DNA of 60,860 nucleotides, filler included, from Basidiobolus ranarum (taxonomy: Eukaryota): the NCBI GenBank assembly GCA_040143965.1. It is 13 parts of 13 records of this genome, joined end to end, with 100 filler letters (N's around TTAATTAATTAA, not from the genome) between each part and the next. Parts side by side here need not be neighbours in the genome. Positions count along the whole stretch, not along the records: positions 46,927 to 51,506 come from JASJQH010008781.1; positions 51,607 to 56,184 come from JASJQH010008782.1; positions 56,285 to 60,860 come from JASJQH010008783.1; 10 more parts are not named here. One strand, given 5' to 3'. Positions 50,152 to 60,860 of the stretch are shown piece after piece (positions within the stretch are counted from its first letter, which is position 1; every line of letters begins with the position of its first letter). The translations under genes and the position numbers were made by a program. The notes beneath the pieces are model-generated. The model was given only the letters and a program-made list of their open reading frames with translations, was not told the DNA's origin and did not search any database.

Positions 50152-51606
50152 CTTGAAGCTTTGATAATGGTGATGTTCTACGGTGGTTTAAAAAGGTTTG
50201 AAAACATAGTTTTGGCTAGAAAGAAATAGATTTGAAAATGCTGCACTAAGAAACAAGAGTTGGGGTTTGAAAATAGACACAAGGGAGAGAACAAGTTCCT
50301 CAGCCTTTTAATTGTCATAGAAGAATAAGGGGGAGGGTAAGAAAAAAGAAGTTAGAGTATTATTTGTTACTGATCACTATCACCATGGCTCACTAGTCAA
50401 AAGTAATACTTGCTCTGGATCAACTCAGTTTCGGAACTCCTATAACTACGACACAAAATCAAAGGACATTAACCCTGTTGGATAAATCCAAGATAAATCA
50501 CAAATACGTGGCAATGTGTATTAACTAATATTGTCTTGTTTAAATCCCCAAGTATGACTAATTACTATATAAAGCTCCATAATCGAAGGACGTTTGGTAA
50601 TGTATTCGTTTAATTCACGATATACTAACTATATAGTTCCAAATTAGGTGTTGCTTAATTAAACATCCTTTTAGTTTAATGCTTGATTGTTTATTCTAAA
50701 GTTCTTGTGGATATAATGACTGTAGTCCAAACCGGCTTGAGATGTCAGGTATAATAATGTCAATATTTTTACATGATCCAGGAATTTATTTGTGACCAAT
50801 ACAACATTTCCGGGAACCGCTGAAGTGCTTACTAAGTGCCAAATTGGACTATGAAAAGATGAGATTGAATGCCTAACTCTAAGCGGATACATGTACGAGT
50901 GTAACTCACGCCTACTAAAGTTACAGTTGCTCTATGTCACGTGGGATATTGTTGTTGTCCTGGTTACTTTGGCCACATTGGGAAGAAAGTGATATTGGTT
51001 ACTGTATACTTCAATTGCAAAGATCCAGGAAGTGAACTTTTGAATGGCCGGAATCGTCAACTTCGTGAATTCGAGTGCAGATGGCAGCACAGTATCCAAC
51101 AAAGCCTAACGCTGTATATATACTGAGATGAATGAATTAGAGCAAAACTCCTACTACCAAGGAGTAGTATGGCATATAGGACCCACTCCATGACTATCAC
51201 CTATGCAATAAATCAATAGCACCCAGCGCATAACACCCAGCGCATGTTAGATACTCAAGCGTTGAGAAAGTAATACTAAAATTCCCACATGATCCATATC
51301 TGTATTTGCGTACGATGCGTATCTACTCAATCTCTTGGCAACCAGTAGATGATTCCAGGCAATGGCTGAGAGGTAGTGCTACGTTAACTGTAAAATTTAT
51401 AAGTAAATCGTTGTTACCAACACTTGTGTGTACTGCATCATCATCAGTTGGTTTGAACTATACTATTCTTTGTAACATAGGATTTTGTTTACTCTCACAA
51501 TCTGGANNNNNNNNNNNNNNNNNNNNNNNNNNNNNNNNNNNNNNNNNNNNTTAATTAATTAANNNNNNNNNNNNNNNNNNNNNNNNNNNNNNNNNNNNNN
51601 NNNNNN

Positions 51607-52600
51607 AAGCTTTTCCATTAGAATACATGCTTAGTGAGAAAGTTTGCAGGAATAATAAAAATGCATGATCATGTGTGTTCTCATAGAACTTGACCGTTTC
51701 TGAGTCTGGTAGTGCCGTACTTCCAGTATACCAGTACTTGTATCAGCTGTCTGGTGAGTACTTTTGAACTGGATCAATGATCTATATTTAGGTTGTTTCA
51801 TCAAAATTTTAAGATGGGGATTCAACCATATGTATGCCAAATATGAAGGATATTTACCTGATTCAATGATTGCCATTTGTGTACAAACAGTACATTACTT
51901 CAGGTTTTCAGATCACTGGTGAAACCCAAACAACTATTTGGACATGAAGTATTTTGATTACTGAAGGATTACAAGTTGTATAATTGACAAGTGCTTTCTA
52001 CTTGTACCAGGTCTGTAGTAAGCAATAGTTGCCAATCAACTGTGGTAACAGTGTAAGAAAACCAATCAAAACCTGGTTGTTAGATTGGTTTGAATACTCA
52101 ACTCCACAATAGTCAAAGTGGCTTCTTCTATTATGAGCGTTATGAGTGCACAATAGCAAGCAATAACAAAGGACCCATAACATAACTGTTATCTTCTTCT
52201 TCAACTTCTGATATACTACCATCAGTACTGGAGTAACCAAGGTCAACATCTAGCAGTATGTCCTCAAAGTTTTCTAGACTTACAGGTTTGACCAAAGTTG
52301 CATCTCTACCTACATTATGCTGGTCATTTAACTGTGCTAACTCCATGGTATCTTGACTTTTAGTAGTGTCACCAAAACTTTGAGGCAAAGCGCAGCCAAT
52401 GGACTCAGTGGCGAAGTTAAAGAGGATTTTGTGCACTTATTACTGTTGATATTCATCTGGCTTTGTGCAGCTAGTGGCTTTATAATGTGACTGTACTTGC
52501 AATTGATTTAACTATGGAGCCTAGAGCTTTCATAGCACAATGATTTGTGAAAATAATAGCAGGGCCTATTATTAGGATATCTCATTAATATCATCAGCTG
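51607..52600 (-). mobile_element. CMC transposase N-terminal remnant
   Basis: Homologous to 25500-26400 and 42480-43300. Confidence 0.75.
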
Positions 52601-52749
52601 ATTCTAGCAATTGTTGCATATTAGTCATCAGGGGATTTAGAACATATTTCTGTTGATGGATACTACTTTTGGTTTCTTATTAGCTGCTTTGTAACAATTT
52701 CATTACACCATGCTTACCCTCTGAAAACCTCTTTAAGATTATTGCAAAA

Positions 52750-53600
52750 GTATCTTCCCTGTCCAGTCTTGTCTTGTTTTGTCTTGTGGTCTACACCCAT
52801 GTACTCTCCTGCCTTCTAGCCTCTTGTCGTTGTTTCCAGTCCTTGTCCAGTTCCTTATTGTGACACCTTGTGCTCATCAGCAATTGAGGATACCTCTAAC
52901 TTCTCATTAGGGCCCTTTTCAACACACTGATTTCCATATACTTAAGCTCTATTGGCATAGGACATAGAGTTACAGGTCATGTGAAGAACTGTGTATAGGT
53001 TCTACTTTGGGAATATACAACTTTCAATTGGATGATTATCTGTAGCAGCCTTGTTACAGAGAATACTTGGTAGGAATCTTTAAGCTTTTGGAGATATATC
53101 AGTTTTATCATAATTGCACTATTGTTAAGTAATGATAGATGGATATTGGTTGACTCCAATAATGGCTGGACAATATATTTGTGACAATATACATTACAAA
53201 GGTGAATGCCAATGTCCCAACATATGGGAAAGTGAAAGCCAAAATGTATTGACAGAAAGTGTGACAATAAGGTACTGAACAAGGACTGAATACAGAGACA
53301 AGAGGCTTGAAAGCAGAAGGGTACTGAAATATAGACCATAAGGTGAGATATGACTAAACAGGGAAGATACTTTTGCAAGAATCTTTGCTGATGACTGTCT
53401 TTGATCAGGCTCAGGTCTGAGCAAGGAAAACGGTGAGCTTATATAGATATTGCAGGGTGAAACATAGTATACTGAATATAGAATATATGGCAGCAAGTGC
53501 AAGTTTTAGGGTAGCAGGGACTACAAAGACCAATACACAGGGGAATGATGTAAGGATGATCAGTTTATCTTCCAAGCAAGGTCTTGGTGGAAACAAAATA
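52750..53600. repeat. LTR-like family A related remnant
   Basis: 53470-53600 aligns by eye to 1-152; repeated TGTGACA boundaries. Confidence 0.5.
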
Positions 53601-53755
53601 CCCTAACAGAAATTTGGGGATTGTGATTACAGGAAAACCATCACAATAGCAATCCATTTTGGATTGACCATTTACTTGCCATCATGAAATTGTCAACTCA
53701 GATTTGTTTTTAATCAATTTTTTCAGTTTCAGGAGTGAAGATTCAAGATCTTGCA

Positions 53756-55040
53756 TCCTAACAAAAATAAAATCAATTTGATTTGGATTGGATCCACCCT
53801 TGTGGATTGCAAAACTGTCAGAGAACTGTCACACAATTGGCAGCTTGCATTCTGCCAGGGATTATAATAGTGAGATGGTGGCTTCTTGATGTTATTTTGA
53901 TGGTATTAGTATATAGTAAAATATTGATCAAAATCTAACTTTTGAATGGCTGATTACTAAGTTTACTGCTGTGGGAATTCAAATTAACATGCATGGCTTT
54001 AATTAAATATCTTAGACATTGCATGCCAGCCATAATGAGAATGAGAAACTATCAGAAACTTGTTCTATTTAGTCTCTATATATGCACATACTTGACTGAA
54101 CAGAAAACTTAACAACATCAATAAGCTTTATCATCAAATTAAAGGTGGAGAAGTTGCAAAACATTTGACATGTTGAAAAGCATAGACACTGGGCAAATAG
54201 CTGACTCTTGTTACCATTCACAATGAGAATGAGCTCTTGGATTTTTGCAAGCTTCCATTAAGAATTTAGCCTGAATATCCCCAACTTGTAGTCAACAAAT
54301 GTCCTGCCACAAGTAGATGTATCACTGCTTGAATAGACTACCCTATGGCTAAAACAATAATACTGCATATCTTGAGCTATCTCACCAAGAAGTCCATCTT
54401 GCAGGTTTCCTAAAAATACCATCAAATTATCACATAAACTTATTAGTACAATTTATAGAGGTACTTAATCTGTGTCCATGGATTGGGCTTTGTTGCCGTT
54501 ATTGTGCTCAAACAATGCAAAAACCTGTGAGTACATTGAAAAGAGCCCTCTGTTGGAAAGCTAATATACCCTGAAGTCTCCTTTACCCACTGCATTACAT
54601 CCATCACTGATTTTGTTGATATATTGTTAATCACATTAGCATAGAGTAATACTGACAATTTTACATGCAGCACCATTTCACCGCTCGTGCACTCCATTGG
54701 GAAGTCCCAGAATGAATAGCATTGGCCTGCAGTTACCAAACATTGTGAAAGATGACGCATGGAGTGAATTGAATACCCACATATATTCAGTCTGTCTTCT
54801 TTTAACCTGTAATAGAGTTTTTTGTATCCAATTTCAAAATCTTTGTACAGCCACCATATCAGCCTGAGGTCTGCCAATGTGAGTTGATGCTGTAAGAATA
54901 TATTAACAATATCCACAAACAACTCCTAATGTTGCCAATACTTATCAGGCAGAAAACTTTTCAAGACTGCACTTCAATATCTAAAAGTTAAATACTTCTT
55001 GTCTTTGCATTTGAAAAAATGCCTAGATGAGTGGATATCC
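53756..55040 (-). mobile_element. CCCTA-element end B plus transposase C-terminal remnant
   Basis: TCCTAACAAAAAT terminus; LYYRLKEDRL..SIHSMRHL..G.CY.FWDFPMEC. Confidence 0.82.
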
Positions 55041-55042
55041 AT

Positions 55043-56184
55043 CCCTTACAGAAATATGACCATGGTTATTGTAGGAAAAGCATCACAATTTTAATCCATT
55101 GAGATTGACTGTTTACTTACCATCATAAAATTTTCAAGTTAGATCTGATTTTAATCAATTTTTTGAGTTTCAGGAATGAAGTTTCAAGACCTTGCAAAGT
55201 AGTTGCAAATTATTGGCTACAATCTCAGCAAGCTATGGATCAATGCATGTGGGAAAAAAGTAACTCAAATTTGACACATTTAACACTTGAACACTAATTT
55301 GTCATCTTAAAAATCCTAGTTTCTTTGATGAATTCTCCTGAATATTTTTGTAGAGTTCTTCATACCCAAGGTTTAACTCATATTGAACACAAGTTTGCAT
55401 CCATGTCTCCATTAAAGTCCACCATAGTATTAACACTGCTGAATCAACATTCTTCCAGCTATCTGGCAAATACCCTGCAATATTGTGCCTCTCTGTATTG
55501 AGTTCTTTCCAGATATCTGCACAGTGAGCACCAGACTGAATGTCAAGTTGAATGCTTTTCTTCTGAAGCCACCTTCTGCATACTGGCATGGAATTTTTTC
55601 CTTCATACTTTTGAAAATACTCCTCAAGTACTTTTAATGTTTTCATATGTCCTTGTAGTGTGACACTACTGAGAGTGCGTTGCAGTGTTAGTGTGGCTTT
55701 TTGCTTGCCTTTAACTTTGGAGCTAATTTCAACACTTTGAAAGGTACCAGTTGAGGTTGGAGAGCCATGAGTTTTACTTGCTGGTGTTTTGGCATGTTGA
55801 CAGGTGCCAGGTGTTGGATAAACTTCCAAATTTAGCACTCTTCCAACTGGTGTAGTTGGTTGTATGGTGAAATTAAGCTTTTTGCCAGTATATCTCACTC
55901 CGGATATGCAGATCTTTGTAATAGTGTGAAGGATTTGGTATGTGGGATATTAGAGCCTAAACTCACTGGCTCCTTTGGTTTTCCCTTGGGTTTACTAACT
56001 TCCTGCTCCTTGAGTACTTCTTTGGTTGCTTTTCTTTCTTATCCAAGACAATAATTGCATACATTTTGGGAAGTTTCATGAATATGCCTATACTAGACAA
56101 ATTGTCATTTGCTTGCAAAACCCCAGGATAAGCAACATTTAATATGTTTAGAGCCTTCAGGGTAATGCCTGGTTTTTAGTTTTT
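55043..56184 (-). mobile_element. CCCTA-element end A plus best-preserved ORF2 segment (55302-55898)
   Basis: CCCTTACAGAAAT terminus; 198-codon open segment homologous to four other copies. Confidence 0.78.
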
Positions 56185-56784
56185 NNNNNNNNNNNNNNNN
56201 NNNNNNNNNNNNNNNNNNNNNNNNNNNNTTAATTAATTAANNNNNNNNNNNNNNNNNNNNNNNNNNNNNNNNNNNNNNNNNNNNATTGAGCCTGGTTCCT
56301 GAAGTGAGTGCAATTTTGGGACTTGATTCACTGACAAATTAACTGCTTAACTTTGTTTCGATTGTGCTATTTTTATAGGGTTGATCAGGGGAAAAGCGAG
56401 TGGCATTCCTGCCAGATTTGGGAGTGTGCTAATTTCGAAACATGTATATAAGACTGACGGCCCGTTTCCGATGTCTCGTGACTTTTGTCTCCGCTGTCAG
56501 CTCGTTTCGAAATTAATACCTAGAATTGAATAAAAGTAGGGAATTATCTTCCCAAAGTTTAGTAATGATTCTTCCAGTAGTTCTGGAGAAATATGCATTT
56601 CTTTTTTTTGTTTGGGTGATAGCGAGACGTGTGGCAAAGGTGTAAATATGAAACTTGGTGGAGGTCGAGGTTTGCTTATGCACTATACGTGTGCAAAATA
56701 TTGAGCTGATTAAGACATTATGTTGTCTCCAAAATTGCCATCGCTTTTGTCTGATAATCCAATTTCGTAACACAATCCCAAAAT

Positions 56785-56856
56785 GCCTGCTTAGCGCAGT
56801 GGTAGCGCGTCAGTCTCGTAAACTGAAGGTCGCCAGTTCAATCCCGGCAGTAGGCA
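56785..56856 (+). tRNA. tRNA-Thr(CGT)
   Basis: 72-nt cloverleaf: GCCTGCT/AGTAGGC acceptor, GCGC/GCGC D stem, TCAGT-CTCGTAA-ACTGA anticodon arm, TTCAATC T loop with one A-C mismatch in the stem, TTTT downstream. Confidence 0.92.
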
Positions 56857-57415
56857 TCATTTTCAGCAATGCTGCAAATATGGAAACCAGTTTTTGTAAT
56901 TTCGGTCTACGTCATTGCATTCGTACCTAAACGACTTGCCAAATACATTGCTTTTTATTGTTACTATCCTACACCTAGTATGAGATGGTGGAGAATTTTT
57001 ACTTACACATATAGTTGCAGCTACCTGAGTACAAGTTCTACCTCATCCAATTGCGACTAGTTTAGTCACGTATACCTGATAATCAATTGTGACTTGGTTG
57101 CTTTTTAATTAGTAGTACCTGGAAGGGATTAACAGTTTGTATGATGGTACATGTATATTTTTTAGAGAGTGTTTGCTTCGAAAGTCTCAACCCTCATCCT
57201 ATGTAACTAGTCCGTTACTAAATAATTCCCTAGTTGATAATTTGTTTTGTATTCATTAACTTGACTATCACAGTGATCCCTCCTGTGGTGGTGGCAACTT
57301 GATCACACTCAATAAGCAAATCATCCAAACATTCCGATGAAATAAATTGAACTCAAAAATCAAACTACATTATAAGCTTGATTCAGGGAAGTTCAACATA
57401 TCTTGTTGCTCATAG

Positions 57416-57728
57416 CACTATGTAAATGATCGAAAACTTACTATACTTCGTGGTAGCTCCGGTGGTAATGGAGGAACTGGTGCTTATGATACCGACAGTG
57501 GGGTAGGAGAATATGGTGGTGGCTTCGCTAGTAATAAAGGAGCGGGATCACTTGGCCTTAGATCTGGTACAGGCTATGACACCTTTGATCATAATGGAGA
57601 TGAAGGAATTACAGAGGTATACAAGAGTTGATTAGAGCAAATCAGTACTAATTGATCAAAGAGAAAACCTTTTTATCACTTTTATACCATTTGGTCTTTA
57701 GCAGAAAGAAGGGTTCGCTTTTACATGA
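57416..57728 (+). CDS. Candidate glycine-rich exon(s), start not found
   Basis: AG/GT-bounded 67-codon frame (RGSSGGNGGTGAYD...), with a possible final exon at 57702-57728. Confidence 0.35.
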
Positions 57729-59483
57729 AGAATTATAAGTATGGTTAAAATATTTTGGGGTAGTAGGTGTGGTAACTTGTAAATCACAAACATTGATACA
57801 TCAAGAGGAATAGTCTAGAAATTAAGGCTCGGCTATTCTGGGTAATGTAATTCAAATCCTAAGCACATCTCGAAATATCAGCTAGTATCAGAGTATAGTC
57901 TCCATATTTCCTGGTACTATAGATAACCATTCATTTTGCAGTAAGTTCTTGTAGCCACATTTGTGCATCGCCTGTACTGTAGTCTCATTCTAGATCTCAG
58001 TGTCAGTGTGTATATATACTATTTCCCCCTCCTGGAATGGTAAATAATTTCGATGATATTCCAAATGCTTTAATGCCAGTTCATACAAAACTTTACGTCT
58101 TAAAGAGAGTTGACGATATTCGCCAAGAGTATGCAAACATCCCACTGCCATGTCGCCATGTGTCACTCCCCAGGATACCAGGAAGCCTTCACGCTATTAC
58201 ATATTAATCACTAGAAGTGCTGAACAATCATCTAAGTTATATATTATATATATGTAAAGAGTATTGGTAAATCATAGATCTTGGAGGGCCCCACTAATTT
58301 AAGCATTGTAGGATTTAAAAGAAAATCCAAATCAACCTAACAGTAGATTCGAATACAGTCAGTTCTGACGTATTTATGTGCTATTAGTCTCATGAAATAA
58401 ATTCAGAGTATAGTACCTCAGTCAGCAAGAAAATCCCCAGCACCAGTATGGCTAATCCTCATGTTGCCGCATTGTCTCAATACCCAAAACTCCGGAGTTA
58501 TGCTAAGTATAAATATTTATTTCAATTTAGTATAACCTTAGGATCAACCCAAATCCATCTTCAAATTAACCTAAAACTGGCAATTAATCACAAACACTTA
58601 CTACATGGACCACTTTAAACCGGGGATGCTCCACCTGGTACTTTGGTATGTTTCATTGACTCTTAAATATGCGTAAAATCCTCTACTTCGAAGTTACATG
58701 GCAAAACACTATGCCAACGCAGGTATTGAAATGATAGCATATTGGTCATATGACTCATGTGTTATACTCTTAGGATTCTGCAATTACATTTATTTGAGGT
58801 TTCCACTGTTACTGGCCTTCTTGTAAATCGTGATGAAAACTTTCACTATTGTAACGATCTTGTCCATTGATTCAGCTGTAGCGAATAATTCCTATAAGTG
58901 GCTGTAGAATACTCTCTAACGGTATAGAATGCTTGGAGTGTTAAATTTGGAATCATTGCGATGTGCTTCTTGTATCCACCAAGTTATTGCAGTTTATGAC
59001 ATTCATGAAGCCGAAAACGGCAAGATCTTCGAGGTATCGTTATTGCGTAGATATTATTAAAAACCATTGGAATGCTTTGACAAATCTCTGATTTATAATA
59101 TGCTTACCAGCAGTAAAATCATCCTGATTTGGATTAGTGGATGTGAAATGAACAATCTGCGGAGTTACAGGAAAAGGGAATTACACTCAGCCTCACTAAA
59201 AGCACTTTAGAAGCATGTGTACATTTGAATGTGCTACCAAGTACAACTTTCACTTCTAACTTTTGTGGAAATTATTCCGGATTGATGACAAGAAGAACAG
59301 GTACATTCACAATTAATTTACCCTCATTGACTTATTTTTTAGACAGGTTTATGTCTTATTATCAGAGAGTTCCCAGAGGTAAAGTGTTCGGTGGCATAGT
59401 GACACATGAGATGAAAGTAGTTATAAAAATGGAGTTTGGTCTCTTTCAATATGCAGGAAATCCGTGAGTACAACACTACTAAC

Positions 59484-60860
59484 ATGAAGATCACTCTCCT
59501 GGTTCTCTCAGCCATTTCAGTAGCTATTTCTATGGCTCCATCGGCCTTGGCGGCTGACGATAAAGTCATTGTCGGGTATTATGTACCTTGGGGTAATGTC
59601 CAGCCTAGTCAACTCAGTTACGATAAGGTTACCCATATCAATTACGGTGAGTGGTCCCTAGGATTTATGACTCCATTTATGTATTCACTAATAGAATTAT
59701 AAGGTTTCGGTGTGTTGACAAAGAAGAATGATCCAGCAAATATCTTCATTGACCCTGATTATGATGGTCCTGCTATTCGCCAACTTAAAACTTTAGCAGC
59801 CGCCAAAGGAGTAAAGGTTCAGATATCCATCGGTGGCTGGACCGGTAGTCAGACTTTCTCGCTAGTAGCTCGAGATGCTACTCTTCGTCAAAAATTCATC
59901 AATAATGCCCTTGTATTTGTTCGAAAGAACACCAAACCAGATGGTGAAACTCCGGACGGTTGGGATTTGGATGGTATCGATATTGATTGGGAATATCCAG
60001 CAAGAGAGGGGGCAGTTTGTAATGTAAAAGATGCTTCTGATACTGCTAATTACTTGAATCTTCTAAAGGAACTTCGTGCCGCACTTGATAAAGAATTTCC
60101 TAATGAACATAAGCTCATCACTGCCGCTGTAAGAGTTCAACCATTCGATGGGCCAGGTGGTAATCCTCTTAAGGATGTGTCAGCATTCGTGCCATACTTT
60201 GATTTTATCAACATCATGGCATATGATATCAATGGTGGCTGGTCAGCTACCACCGGACCTAATGCTCCATTTGATTATGATACCAAAGGTGGAGACCCAT
60301 TCTCTTTCCGTCAGGCTTCTAAAGCATGGTTAACCGCCAAATGGCCAGCCAACAAGCTCGTTATGGGCTTGCCATTCTATGGCAGATCCTTAACTGCTAC
60401 AGTTGATATGAATGCCAATCCTTCAAATCAGTATGTCTCCAAGTCAGCTACAGTACCTAAAGGTGACCCATCTGATTCTAATGAACCAAATGCATTCTGT
60501 AATGAAGGGTCTGTCTATGGTGGACTGTGGGCATATAAATACCTACGTAGTGAGATCCTTAAAAATGGTCCTACTAACCCTATCGCAGGATGGAATCGTT
60601 ACTGGGATAATACTACTCAAACTCCTTGGTTGTTCGGGGCTAGCAATAAGATGTATATTTCTTATGATGACCCACAATCTCTTAAAGTTAAAGCGGATTA
60701 CTCCAAGCAACAAGGGTTCCGTGGTGTGATGTTCTGGGATATGACCAATGACTCCAATGATGAATTATTGAACGCTGTACAAGGTGTTCGTCAACCAGAT
60801 ACTACTCAGCCACCCACTTCTACTACTGCCTCAGTTACCTCTACCACTTCCATAAAAACA
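59484..60860 (+). CDS. Secreted GH18 chitinase (intron 59647-59703), 3' truncated in a Ser/Thr linker
   Basis: Signal peptide, THINYGF, SIGGW, LDGIDIDWEYP catalytic motif, MAYD, ISYDD, GVMFW. Confidence 0.96.

Overview
This is eukaryotic fungal DNA, probably from an early-diverging (zygomycete-grade) fungus; that placement is an inference from intron style and gene content. The window is not one locus. It is 13 unrelated contigs of about 4.6 kb, sorted by decreasing length (4601 to 4576 bp) and joined by 100-bp spacers (44 N + TTAATTAATTAA + 44 N), so only adjacency within a contig is meaningful. Much of it is decayed, CpG-depleted transposon sequence: at least three Ty1/copia LTR families, one further LTR-like family, and a multi-copy CMC/EnSpm-like DNA transposon with CCCTAACA termini and a second, divergently oriented ORF. 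Host genes include a spliced Tdp1 that the ORF track does not reveal, a long-chain acyl-CoA synthetase, a NAP/SET histone chaperone, a diflavin-reductase C-terminus, Stm1, Rpl16, succinyl-CoA ligase alpha, an amidase, a DevR/Esc1-type bHLH factor, a GH18 chitinase, and tRNA-Phe and tRNA-Thr genes. The most notable observations are a head-to-head UDP-glucose 4-epimerase/galactokinase (GAL10/GAL1-like) pair with periodic promoter motifs, a secreted SOD5-fold protein lacking its copper ligands, and the two-gene CCCTA transposon. All calls come from manual reading and translation; no database searches were run.
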